DNA of 64,000 bases from Yuukianura sp. NJ FZ-2021. Its lineage: Eukaryota. This document shows, one piece after another, positions 50,893-63,760 of this stretch. A program made the position numbers and the translations under genes. The stretch's first letter is position 1. Each line of letters starts with the position of its first letter. Where the stretch lies: positions 5,704,001 through 5,768,000 of the forward strand of contig CM102288.1 of assembly GCA_046563655.1 (NCBI GenBank), given 5' to 3'. The notes beneath the pieces are model-generated. The model made no database searches. It was not told the DNA's origin and was given only the letters and a program-made list of their open reading frames with translations.

Positions 50893-53113
50893 TCAAGGGC
50901 TTTCCGCTCTGGAAACGGAGGAAACAGTTGAAATAAATGTAACATATCGGTCAATGCCATCCAGAAAGACTTGTTCATTGAGATATTCGTTATCCATGTG
51001 GGCCGTGCTCAAAGCGTTGGTAAATGGATTCACACCGAACGTATCAATTCCAACACTGCGTACGTATCGTCCATCCGTAGCAGCATACAAGTAGAACGGA
51101 ATACACAATATGTCTCTACAATATACAACAAAATATTATGCTAAGTTAGACTAACATTTTTAGGTTACCGTATTTTCTCGCCTGTAACGCTCTCTCGCTC
51201 TCAAATTCACTCATCCTATACTGTATAGCTAAAAAAAACGTCTACAAATTCTTGAAAAAAAAACAAAAGAAAATTTCTTTTCCGCTTCCAAATTTTCCAT
51301 AACGCAAGATTTCTATAGCGTTATGTTCGTGAAAATACGGTAATTAGGGTAGGTGTAAAATTATGCAGGCATGTTTAATATTGCCTTACAATTCAGTACA
51401 TCCGTTTTTGAGTGCTCTCCACCAAGGATTGGTGTCATCGTGCGTAGTTTCACCAGTTTCCATGCTTTTTGAAATGAAAGTGTAGGAAACGTATTCAGGT
51501 CCAGCCTCTTGCACGATACTGTCCAGAAAAGCCTCAACGTCTGAAAATGTCCATTCTGGAGTGACTCTAATGCGCATGTCAAAGGAAGCCCACAATTCAT
51601 CGGCAATGATGTTGTCAGCTAGACCACCCTACAATAATAGAACAACTTAACTTGAATTAGATTAGGCTATGTTAAATCCAGGTTAATCAATGTTAATTTA
51701 AGGCTTAGCCTAACTTACACCCATTTTGGCAAGGTTGAGGGAAGTAACATCAGAAATTGTTGTTCCAGGCTGCTGCATAAGTTCATACTGCTCAGTTCGG
51801 TATGCCATGAGTCGATCAATTACAATTTGAATTCTATGGGCTGCCGTTACTTCCGGCATGTTCGACCCATGTTCAGAAATGCCTCTAGCAGTAAAATTGA
51901 ATTCTGAAAATTTAAATAAAAAATGCCGGCTGAAATACTGCTTGTCATATAATTCACACGCGAATGCACACCTAAACATGTGCACTAAAAGTTAACGTCA
52001 TTTGAAGGTAAAATCTTACGCCAATTGGATTTCTGGCCATACTCAAATCCAATTGCTCGAATTGGACTTGATCCCATTTCGTCCATGTCAAATCCCACAT
52101 TTAGATTTTGAAATTCAGCACTCTGTACAAATACTTTCATTCCTTTGTCTCCGCCGTCTTCTTCGTCTGTAAATGATGATATTCAATTATGAAAAAGACG
52201 TCAATGCACGTCATTTAGACGTCAAATAGAAGTAAATAAACGTCAGGCGTCAGAAAACTTGCCAGGCATGACACAGATGTGGATTGTTCTGAGCGGTACA
52301 AATCCAGTGGCTTTTAATTTTCGAACGGCTTCTAGCGCAGCCGCAGTGGAAGACTTCATATCACTTGCACCACGGGCAAAAATATTTCCTTCTGCGTCCT
52401 TGTACGCTTCAAACGGCGGGTAGTCCCATTTGCTCTAAAACGCAAAAACGAAACGTGAAAACGGAAACGGAAAAACGGGGAACGTAAAAACTGGAAAAGT
52501 TGAAACGGGAAACATAAAACCAGGAAAAGTTAAAACGGGAAACGGAAAAGTTATAACGTAAAAACCAGAAACGGAATAGTTACAACGTGAAAACAGAAAA
52601 GGTTAAAACTGGAAACATGAAAACGGGAAACGTGAAAACTGGAAAAGCTAAAACGGGAAATGTAAAATTGTGTAACGTAAAAACTGTTTTTGTAGGATGA
52701 TTTATTGACCTCATCAACTGCTACTACATCCATATGTGAATTGATGAGGATTGATTTGAGTGTAGGATCGCTTCCAGTCCATGTTAGCCAAATAGCAAAT
52801 TCAGCTGGTGGATCAAAATCCAATCGATGAAATTCAAGGCCAATTTCTTCGCTTTGACTTTTCAACCAATCAATAGCACTTTCTATTTCAAAAAAGTGAA
52901 TGTTAATTTTTTACAAAGGTTATAATCTTCTTTAAAAAAAAATATTTTTAACTTACCGTAGTCTGGATTTGGATAATTTGTTGGAATTCTGAGGTAATCT
53001 CGAAACCGGGTAATAGCAGGATCCTCATCATCAAAATTTACTAAATTTGAAATTGCTTTTGAATCAATTTTTGAAATCAAAAAGAGCAGAATAATTGTAA
53101 CGAAAATGTTCAT
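50893..53113 (-). CDS. Aminoacylase-1-like M20A metallopeptidase with predicted signal peptide
   Basis: RFRDYLRIPT..PNPDY, GSDPTLKSILINSHMDVV, NIFARGASDMKS, VMP|DEEDGG, SFDMR, AATDGRYVR, GVNPFTN..AHMDNEYL; N-terminus MNIFVTIILLFLISKIDS. Confidence 0.9.
51168..51340. mobile_element. TA-flanked Tc2/pogo-like MITE in the last aminoacylase intron (duplicate near 48118-48295)
   Basis: TA|ccgtattttc ... gaaaatacgg|TA. Confidence 0.7.
52440..52690. repeat. Degenerate (GGAAAC/GAAAAC)n tandem array in an aminoacylase intron
   Basis: Repeated aaacgggaaacgtgaaaactggaaaagt-type units. Confidence 0.8.
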
Positions 53114-53732
53114 TTTTGGATCTTTTTATCGTTATGTTATGCGTTGCAACTACATATTCCCATTAGATGCAATCAATGCATTTAAGGCCCGGTAAACGTT
53201 TTACCCCTATCATGTACTATCATATCAAAAATTTATCTTAAATTTAAAACAAAAAGTACTTCAATTAGAACAATACTGCTGACGTCGTTGATCGCTATCT
53301 ACAAAATTTATATTTGTATCACCTCTTTCATCTTCATCTAGAAGCACTTTAAAAAATCAATCAACCTTCCTACAAATATTGTTTGTTGAATTTTTTGTTC
53401 AAAATTTCAGCCATTTTTCCGCTTTGAAAAAATTTATGATTGCGTGCCGAAACCTTTTTAATTTGGAATATTCTTATTAACATTATTCAATACGGTTGAC
53501 ATTTCATGTGGTAGAATACATTTAGAACGGGGTGGGTTGCAAAGCAATAGTTATCTCATGCAAATCCATTTAAGAAATTAATTTTTATATGAAGTTTCGT
53601 ATAGTTCTTTGAATTTTTTTTCGAGTTTTTCAAATCCAACCGTATCTGCCCTCAATCCTGACGCCTTGTCACATTGTCACAAGCTACCGCACATATAGGA
53701 ATTAAGCAACAGTGAAATTTTTAAACTAAATC

Positions 53733-56700
53733 ATGGCCAAAACTCTAATTGCAGAAACGTTGCGCCTGGTTTGGGTTTTAGCAGCAACAGTTTTGACTTT
53801 ACTGGTTTCAGCAAACTCGGAGAAATATTTCGCTATTAGGAATCTACATGAAGTGATAGATCAGTTTCCACATAGTGACAACTTGGTAATTGCTGAAAAC
53901 AACCGACAATTCCAAATTACTACAAGTTTTGCCGCTCCAATAAAGCTGCACTACATGTATCATCGCCATGGAAACTGTGAAAAGTTTGATTTAACCAAGT
54001 GCTTCTTAAACGACTGGATTTTTGGTAGATTGCCTTACACGGAAATTTTTTTCATATATCCCAACAGTGTCTTTAACGACCAAGAGTACAATGGGGTGTA
54101 CGAGTCCTGTTTTAACTCATACAATGGAGATTTTTGGTATAATGGTAAAGATTTTCGGTCCGGTATCTCCGGTCACATAATTCTTCACGCTAACTTTGAT
54201 AGCATTCCCAGTATACCGGTAGCATTCTCTGGACTAGTTGTATTTTTTTACAAGCTGACTCCTCACTATCGAAGTGATAACAGGACAGAGTTTGTAATAC
54301 CCGAGATATGCGAAATATCCTGCGTTGGTGTGTCGTACACAATGAACATAACACGAGCCCTGAAGTTGAAACAGTTTCGAAAAATGGTACCAACTTTGAA
54401 GGTGGTTCAAACAATTGGAACAAATGAAACCGGGAAGACGAAACTATTGGACGAGCGCCAATTTTTAAATCCTTTCAAAAGCCATGAAGCCTTTAAACAT
54501 GTACAACTGGACGTACATATTGCAGCACTTCTGTTTGACAAACTCGAAGTATTTTTTCCGGTAAACAGGACGGAATGGAATCCGTATTCCATGAACCGTC
54601 TTAACGCTATAATTAACCCAATGCGCTGCGGGAATTTTTTCGTACCTACTGCTATGGACAACATAACTTTCTTAACTTGTGACGGAACAGCTGATCTCCT
54701 AAGTTTTGAAATTTACACAAAACCGTACGATACATACTCATGGAGCATAGCATTGGCAACCGGAGGTTTACTCACACTCTTTGCTACTTGGGCAATCCAT
54801 GCCCAATCACTCACACATTTTAAGTTTAAGGAATCCGTTTCAATTTACTTAGACTTTTTTATGGTATTCTTTGCAAGTCTTTTTGAAATTTCTTCCGACC
54901 CGCAGCAGAAAGTAGCCCGAAATCGTAGAATTTTTGTCCTCAGTTTGTGGTTCTTGTTGACTGTTATTCTGACAAATGCTTACAAGGGAGTTGTCGTTTC
55001 GTACTTGACTACTGAGAAACCCATTACACAAAAGTATCACAAATTAGATCAGTTAGAAGACTTTGTAATACTGAGAGACAGGCAAGTTTATAAGCAAACC
55101 TTAAACCGAGCATACTGGCGATACCCATATGGTGAATATATCACGCCAGAACTTTTGCCTCTTTTTTCTTGTCAGTGTAAAACAGACAGGCCGATTGGTT
55201 TGGTGAATTCCACTGACCTCCCTCTACAAATATCTGGGAATCCGGCGTTTAGGCGAATGTCGCACTACGTTAATTCGCCAAAGTTCAAATGTTTGAATAT
55301 TTCATATAGTGATCAGAATCACAGAGAAGTGCCGGAGTGGGCTTATTGCAGAGAATGGTTTTTGTATTTTGACCGGAAAAGTAAAAAGAATCGCACATTT
55401 TACGGAGATGAAATCGACAAAAAATAGGCCTCAAATTTCCTAAAACATTTGTACTCGGTACATTTCCCAATTTCGACATCATACATAAATCCAGTAGAAT
55501 CAGGGATGTACTTAACATAGTTTCGGGAGCCGAGAGCTGTCCTTCCTGATTAGATTAGGCAATAGCTTAATCTACTCCTAAGCAAAAGAAAAACCGGGTT
55601 TTATTTGGAGATCATACTCCAAAAAGAGTTTAGATTAAGCTAATTTTTGGCTTAGCTTTAATCCAACTTTCCGTTCCCCCACGTAGCGCGCCGGACAGTG
55701 TTCCCAGTGGAAACTTTCTCTTAAGGGAGACGACTGTGAGTTCAAAACCTGCAGCAGATGTAATTTTTTTATTTTGTCCGAACATGCCCACTCATATAAT
55801 ATTGCCTTTCAGGGATGGCAGGTGACCCCAACATGTCCAAGAAAGGTCAAAGGTCAAGCCAAATTCGGTTGACCCCACGTGACCTCAAATATTAACTGCA
55901 CAAAAGGGTTTCCTTAAGAAAACACTCACCCTACGCATAACACAAGAACATGCGTGACCCAGCTGAGGTCAACAGGTCATTCTTAACTTGAAGTGACCTG
56001 ACCTTTGACCTTGAAGGAGTGTAACTAGCTCGTGCATAGCATTGAACAACAAATTGAGACAGACCAGCATTAAAGCACTCATTTTAGATGCCAAGTTGGG
56101 TCATTCGCTGTTGACCTCACGTTTGACCTCAACAAGGGGTGGCGGGAATATGTATCGTACACAAGAAAGATTATCTAGTTAATGGAAACAAGTTTTGTGT
56201 AGGTCATTTCATAAGTCAAAGGCGTCAAATTCGCCAATAAACGAAAGTTTTTGCCTTAACCCAAAAGATAAAGCTGGTCCGGAGTGGTTTTTGTTTTAGC
56301 ATCAAAATCTGATTAGATTTGTGAGGTGTGATCTCTGAAAATCTTAAACCGTATTAACTTTCCGGGTGATCACACCCTAATCACTTTTTTTTGTGTTAAC
56401 ACAAGATTATCTCGAGTTTAGCGAAAATCAGAAAAAAAGAGATTAGCGGTTTTGGTGTGCTCGTCGTTTCTTCTTAATCCGGAAATAAATTTCGCTAATA
56501 CAGGCACAGCTCTCGGCTCCGGAAATACTTTCTTCTTGTTCTAAAATAGCATTTTTATGGACCGAGTCAAACTTAGACTTGTTTTTGGCACAATACGAAA
56601 ACAGAATACAAAGTGATGGAATGTCATCTGTTGGGAATGTACATTTCCGTAAAGGAACTGAGCCAGTTGGTACGACTGTTTCAGGATACAAGTTTAACCA

Positions 56701-57067
56701 ACATCTCTACTACAGAAAAATGCAACTACTCATGTCTTCTGGAATTTACAATCTATGGAAAAAGTGGTTTCCACTAACTAGACCTAATCAACGAGACAAA
56801 AATTTGCACGAACATGGAAAGACGAAGTGGTTAAGTAAGCTACCACAAAAACTAAATTTGACAGGAAATATTATTACGTGTTTCTATTTGATGTTATTTT
56901 GCTTGGGGTTATGCAGTTTAGTATTCGTTTACGAAGTAAAGTTGATAGCTTGTGGTAACGTAGTTCGTGTAGCAGGAAATGTACAGCAAGAGTTTAAAAT
57001 TAAGATTGCACGCCATGTGAAGTTAGGAAAAACAAAAATTTATCCGTTTAGTACTCCTGTTGGCTGA
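53733..57067 (+). pseudogene. Divergent ionotropic receptor (different subfamily) with a 1-bp frameshift and a 1-kb transposon insertion; pseudogene or spliced gene
   Basis: FLTC..IYTKPYDTYSW, LTNAYKGVVVSYL, LMSSGIY..W, KLNLTGNIITCFY + TM. Adding one A to the A6 run at 55419-55424 and removing 55520-56527 restores ..RDVLNI|LSSCSKIAFLW.. in frame with ORF 56579. Confidence 0.75.
55520..56525. mobile_element. ~1-kb TA-flanked non-autonomous TIR element inserted in IR coding sequence
   Basis: TA|gtttcgggagccgagagctgt ... acagctctcggctccggaaa|TA; precise removal restores the reading frame. Confidence 0.88.
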
Positions 57068-57526
57068 GAAATTCAAAACTAAAAGCTTAACAAAGGAACT
57101 TACATAGTAGCTGAATCACAATAAACAGCAAGGTTGCTATAGCAACCAATTTGCAATTAATCTACAAGATGTAGCTTTAATTATTGTTTACCCACCTTGA
57201 TAAACAGTATGGTAGGAATAGTTTTTTAATGTTAATACGTAAAAAACATTTGCTTTTTCTAGATAAAATTTTCAACTATTGAGGAATTCATTAACTTGGC
57301 AAAAAATTAATTTCCATTTTTGCTCCAAATTCATCGTTGCAATTCCATTTCGAAATTACACAATGGTGCCACCCCTACTGCAACACGCAGCCTTACCTCA
57401 CAAAATCTCACCTTCGACATACAGCTTTAGACAGTTTGTACACTTTTGATTACTACATTTCGTTTTATTATTAAAAAATATTCTTTTTTCAAAAAGTACA
57501 AAGGTGAAATTATTTTAAAAAATACT

Positions 57527-60500
57527 TTATGGCTGCTGTCTTTTTTCAAAATTTTTAGGCTGTTTTTGTGACGATCGGAATTGAAAGGTACTGTCGATGT
57601 TGCTGATTTTCGTTGATTTCGAGTTTCCCGGGAGAAAATCTTCTCTCGACAAAAAGGATTTTGTTGTTACCGTTTCATCTGTTGCATCCTCGCCATCTTC
57701 ATCAATGGTTTTGAAAAATCGTGCTGGGAAAACCGATTTGGATGAAACCGGTTTCGGAATACCGAGTATTTTCCGCATTTCTTCAAAACTGAATTCACTT
57801 TCATCATTTTCAACTTTCCCGGGCATTCTGTGAGTGGACACAATTCCATTGGTGTTTTGCCTAACCAATCCGGGCTGAGTAATTTCCCGCTTTGAATTTG
57901 AAATGATTCCCGCGAAGTCGTCTGTCTCAGCTCGAGCGGGAAAATTCGAATCAGAAATTGGCCTTTTCTTGAGCGTTTTCAGTCGATGTGAAAATGAACC
58001 ACTCGGAATCCTTCGTGCTGGTTTTCGGTTAATGAGGACGTCGCGTGGTGATAGCAGAACTGACGAAGGAAGATCGGTGACCTTGACTTTTAACCTTGTA
58101 AAGTCGTTAACCTCTGACCCCGAGGGGTCGTTGACCTTTGACCCCGATGCGTCGCTTACTGGAATAGTAGTTGTGAGTCTGCGTGGAGCAGAGAAAAATG
58201 GACTTGCCGCGTTTGGTTTTCGAGATTCAAAATCCGCGCCATTATGTAATTTGAAGTTCCCGCCATTTTCAGGCGAAAGTTCGAGCGTTGGAATCGTCGT
58301 GGGTAAAATTTGAGCTGCTTCTGTTCTAAAACGGCTGCTGTACTTCATAGGAAATTTAGTCGGCTTGAATTTTCGCGGCGCAGAATCTGTGTTGCGGGAA
58401 AATTCCACGACAGTTTTCCGCGTACGCATTTTTTTAACAATTATTTTTTTTGGTGAGTCACTTCGCCTGAGGGCTGCTGGGGGGTCGGTGACCTTTGACG
58501 GGTTGAGGTCATTGACATTTGGATTTTGAAGGTCACTGACCTTTTCTATTTGGAGGTCACTGACCTTTTGGGTTTCAAGGTCGCTGACCCCTGCTTGTGG
58601 GGATTGAACCCGTGACCGATGTCTGGTGATCAGGTTTCTTAGTCCAATCGGCCTCCGGAGTAGCGTCTGAGTTGATACAGCTGATTTGTTCGGGATAGTT
58701 TCGGGAGTTGTTGTCGTGGAAAATTCAAACGCTGGAGTCGGTGGAGCCGATTTCAAAATTTTCGGTTTTTGAATTTGAACTTTTTCGTTTCTTACGGAAT
58801 CAAAATTTTGAAGTTCCAACTTTTTAGGTGTTTTTGATTTGACCTCTGACCTTGACAGTGTTATTCGTAAATGCATTGGTGTGTGTTGATTATTGATTGG
58901 AATACCATATGAGTGATACTCTGGAAAAACTTGCATTGCAGAAAACAGACCACCGAATTTTCCGAGTGATTTTCCTTGGAAGTAAAGTGATTTACCGACA
59001 GGTTTCGGTTTTTCCGAGAACGAGTCTGAATTCAAAAAATCTTGTTCGGAAATTTTCGGTTTTACGTTTGTTAGAAAGGTGTTGAAGTTTCTGTTATTTG
59101 GAAATGCATTTGCGGTAAAAATTTGCGGTAACCTTTGGAGTGGATTGAGTTGGGGTCTTGGAAAACCGGGATTTTGAAATTGGTGGGAAGGATTTTGAGA
59201 TTGGCGGGAAATGTGATGGGGGTGTCTAATCCTCTGGTTCTGATGAAAAGGAACTTCATCGGCTCCATTTTGAATTTCTCTTTGTGGAGGTAAGTCAGCT
59301 TGTTGATTTGAAATTAGCGGCTGCATGGCGAATGGTTTTGAAATTTCCCGCCATAAATTTGGTTGTATTTGCCCAAGGTTTGCTAGATTCTGAGCAGTAT
59401 TTCTTTGATTCAGGCTCTGTGGATGAGAACGAGGAGCTGATGTTAAAGATTGCAAACTTTTGGATTGCCGAGTTCTTTCTGATGGTTGCATTCGAAGTGC
59501 AAAATTTTGAAAATCCTCCTTTTCCCCTTTTTTCTCAAAATCTTCATTTTCTCGTCTTTGTTCAAATTCGTAATTTTCGTACTTTTGTTCTTCGTCTTCA
59601 TCCTCTTTCAAAGATTCCTCCAAAATCTGAGGTCGAATTTTTTGAATTGGAACCACAAAGTGATTTGGGTTATCATTCAAATCTTGGCGCGAAAAAGTTT
59701 GAATTGGAGGCGGAGTCAGCATTAGCAGATTTGCATCAATTTCTTCATACTCATCTCCTGCGTCATTTGAGTTTGACCTCGTGTTGACCTCGACGTTCGG
59801 TCTTTGTCGATGTCCATTATTTGCAAGATTGTCTAAGTAACTTTGGTAGAGATACGAAAGCAAATTTTCCCGCCCAAAATCTCTCGGCTCATGCGCTGGT
59901 GGTGCCCGAGATCTACCCCGCGCATACGTGTTTTTGTTTCCTTGTCTAACAGTTCTATCTTGATGGCGTCGATGTTGCTGAAGTTCAATATCATCTTGAA
60001 TGTCTAAAAACAGTTGAGCTGGAGCTGGAACATCCAGAGGATGACGCTGATTGGGCAATTTCTTCGCCGAAGCATCCTGATTGGTGAATTTTTTTGTAGG
60101 AAGAATCTGATTGGTCAACGTCTGAGTAGGTCTCAACTGAAATTCATCGTTGGGATGCTGACCAACATACTGCTGGTTGGAGTCGTTCTGCACATGAGCG
60201 ATGTGAATGTTCAATTTTTTCGCAGAAGGCACCTGATTGGTCAATTTTTGCCTACGGACGTTCTGATTGGCTGGCTGAAAGTTGACGTCATCATTCCTTA
60301 TAGGAGTGGGGTCAGGAGGTGAAGGTCGAAATGTTTTATAAGGCTGCTGCACAGGAGTCACTTCTTGATGGGATTGGTAGTGCCCAAAAATATTGAGTGG
60401 TCTGGAGCTGCGCAGTGCTTGAAAATCGTCGTTCTGCGCAGACGAAGCTTCGTAGCTTTGAGACTGGAAAAACGCGGGAAACGCTGTTAACACTTTCCGT

Positions 60501-62542
60501 TTTTCGTCGTTTTCGTCGTACAGGATTCTACGCAGTCGCTGCGGTGCCTCAAATGCTGTTTCGCTCTGCACAGACGCAGCGGAGTCCAAATCCAAAGGAT
60601 ACTGCATACTGGTCACCACGGCGGGAATCCAACTTTTCAAAATTATGCAAATCACAAGGAAATCTGTGGGGAGCAAAGAAAAAGCTATGAGACATGAATT
60701 ATTCAAATTTGAATTGCAAAGTATCCCGCTGTTTTACGAATATTTCAAACTTTTCGCATTTCCTTTATCGTTTTCCGCCTAAAAAATTGTATCAATTGTT
60801 TTTAAATTTTCTACATTTCCTTTGTACTGCGTACATGAAAAATGGAAAAAAAAATTTTTTGCTACATTTGCTACATCAGGATTTGAACCAACGGATTTGA
60901 TGAAGTTGTTTGTAACTTAAACCGTGGCGCTCATAAAATTGAGGAATCGTGCTTTACGCATGTGCTAAAAAAAGTGAAGATTGATGAAAAGACGTCACGG
61001 ATGGAGGAACAAGGAGAGCGTAGAAGAGGAAATTAATCTACCAATGCTTGACAATTAGAACACGCAAAAAGTGTGCAGCAGAGATGAACTCACAATTACT
61101 TCAACCGGAAGTTATGCAACATCATCCCTAACTTTAGCTTACGCTACTATAACTTATTATTTGTTACATGATACATCAATTATTTATCATTACATAAACT
61201 ATTTCATGTAGTTATGTTATATGTTACGTAAATACATTAATTAACAAACCAATTTTAATACCTTCGCTTCTATCAGTCGCCTTCTTTTGTCTAAGATGTC
61301 TCAACCTTGTTTTCGACATCGCCTGACTAAAGTTGAAACAAGATCTATTTTTTATGCGTGTGTGCGTTATGCAAACGTTGGTAAACTGAATGTTCACCTT
61401 AGGCGTCATGTTATGAAAAGTTTATTTAACATAACATGTTTTAGTATAACTAACTTATTCCAGCATAACGTAAGTTAAAGTAACTCATCCGAGACAAAAA
61501 GTTTGTTGCCGTTGCAAATTGCATAATTCTTAAACTTAAATGAAAGTGTGACAATGCAAAAGTGAAGTGAAAGATTTAAATTAATTGGACATGGCCGAAG
61601 ACATGCAGTTGTGTTATGTGTAGTGTCCTTGTCACTGCACATGCGCAATACAATGCCTAATAATACAATTCCAATATTAACATGTCTGTGTTCATTAACA
61701 AAAGAACTGAATCAATATACTGTAAATTCACCAAAATTTCTCAAATTGGAACACATTAGTGTTACAATTAATTCAGTTAAATATGATTTTTGTGAATGGT
61801 TCATACCTAGAACAATAAATTAATTATTATTGATTGATTTTTAGGAACAAAATACCAAAAAAATCATAACTACTTGGGATTACTAATTGAATTGTATAAA
61901 CAAATAAATAGCAAATCAGAATAAGTATTGATGCCTGATCATGTATCAAATAAAAAGACATTTCGAAATGCCTTTTGTAAGAGTTATTTTTTGAATGCGG
62001 TTGGGTGGAGTGATTGATGTTAAATTGTTATGCTAACCTTGGATTTAAACTCTTTTCGATTAATAACTAATCACTTGTCATGAATCGGTCTGATTTTAAA
62101 AATATAAAATATATTATAGTTAAAAATCATAATTATATTAATAATACAAACGATCAATCTGTTCAACAGTCAAGGTTGTTCTGATTTCCCTCTACAATTT
62201 TTGTCGTTTCAAGGTTCTCATAAACAGGATCTGAATACGAAAATTGCAAAAATTCCATTTGGAAACAACTCTAATTTGAGAATAATGGAACATCAAAATA
62301 ATTGAATTTCAAAAATTTTAAACTTTCAAAATTTAAATGAATACGTGATAATAATAAGCAAACTTCTAAATTTCCAAAAATTCAAAATCTAGAAATCTGT
62401 ACAACTGCTTTAAGTATTGTCAGTACAGTATAAGATGTAAAGTAAATAATAATTAAATTTCAAAAGAATGTTGACACAATTTCATTAAAATGCTACCAAT
62501 TTCGGTTTGCCCCAAAAAAAAAATCTTACCTTTTAGTATCAT
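57527..62542 (-). CDS. Large secreted low-complexity (Q/N/P/S/T/K-rich) protein of unknown function, ~1049 aa
   Basis: A 13-nt coding exon 62542-62530 (ATG ATA CTA AAA G|gtaag) splices in phase to ccacag|AT at 60663, giving SP MILKDFLVICIILKSWIPAVVTS; 3.1-kb open exon; no recognisable domain. Confidence 0.7.
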
Positions 62543-62997
62543 TTCTGCAAAAATTCTGGTGGAATATTTTATTGATCAGGCTGGGAAAAAAAATCACAAA
62601 ATTTGGAAACTTCTAATTTTGACAGCTCACAAAGGAAATACTTTCACAAATTCTTTCTGTTTCAAAAAGAACACTTTAGTTTGTAAATTTTGTAAATAGA
62701 TAGAGAGGGCTTTTTCGCCTAACAGATATTGTGCCAGATTTGATGCTAATTTTACAATTGACGTTACTCTGCAGACGGTAACAATTGAACAAAGAACCAA
62801 AGCAAACGAATTGAGTCTGTCTTTTCAAAATTGAATCTGAAGTGAGCGAAACAGATTCATTCCCCTGTGATTCTCAATTCATTGCAGCCGTGAAGCATAA
62901 GATCATTTTTCACACCTCTACCGACACTTAAAACTTCAATGATACTAAGCAAATAACTCAATACTAACATTGTCTACACAAAGCGTAGAGCAGTTCG

Positions 62998-63362
62998 GGT
63001 AGCACGCTATTGCTCCGAATAAAACGCTCCGAAAGCAATTTTTTCGAATGAAATGCTCCGAACGCAATTGTTTCGAATGAAATGCTCCGAAGCCAGTTGT
63101 TCCGAATGAATTGCCATGAAGCCAAAGCATGAAGGTAAATTGTTCCGAAAGATCGGCTCCGAAATTAAATAAACCTACTCTAATGTGTTTAGCGTTGTGT
63201 ATTCAGGTTATAAATAAAGTTGTTTTGTTAGACTAGCAATAAGGAAATTACGCTTGGTTGAGTTAGTCCATTTAGTCAGAGCAATTTGCGTTTCGGAACA
63301 ATTTACCTTTCCGAGCAATTGGATTCGTGGCAATTCATTCGGAAGAATGGCTATAGAATCCC
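62998..63362. mobile_element. Degenerate foldback MITE with (tccgaa)-based subrepeats
   Basis: ttccgaatgaattgcca(t/c)gaa..aaggtaaattgttccgaaa (63101-63150) is inverted at 63291-63344; no TSD seen. Confidence 0.7.
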
Positions 63363-63568
63363 ATATTTATATGGAAAAGTTCTAAACTCAAAAAGTGAAG
63401 TTTTTGTGTATAAAACTTTCATTACCTTAACCTTAGATAACAAATTTGAGCGGCATTTGATTTGTTTTAATGTCAACTATAACGTGAATACTAATATATG
63501 TAATATGAACAGCAAACTGTGTTATAATTGTATAACTTTGCGCAGGAGTTGAGGTATTCCAATGTGTT

Positions 63569-63760
63569 TTAGTACCAGCGGTCCAAGCACATGCGCCGGC
63601 AGTCCCTCGGAGCTTCCACTTGTTCTCCGTAGTCTCGCATGCACTCTCTGTAGCAACCTTTGTACGGCAAACTGCTCTCTGTGAATCCAAACACCAACGT
63701 TTCGCAAAAAATGCACACGAGCAGTGTCCAAACCAAAAACTTCCAAAAATTTGGCGCCAT
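63569..63760 (-). CDS. 63-aa secreted peptide with C-x3-C-x13-C-x3-C motif
   Basis: MAPNFWKFLVWTLLVCIFCETLVFG (SP) then FTESSLPYKGCYRECMRDYGEQVEAPRDCRRMCLDRWY*; a donor (G|gtaag) at ~63905 suggests an upstream UTR exon. Confidence 0.72.
   Translation of the reverse strand: MAPNFWKFLVWTLLVCIFCETLVFGFTESSLPYKGCYRECMRDYGEQVEAPRDCRRMCLDRWY

Noticed and set aside
49200..56130. Recurrent TGACCTTTGACC (DR1-like nuclear receptor sites)
   Set aside because: Occurs inside repeats, introns and coding sequence across the window, so a regulatory role cannot be supported.
57597..60690. Plus-strand ORFs overlapping the 1059-aa ORF
   Set aside because: Antisense shadows with no independent evidence.
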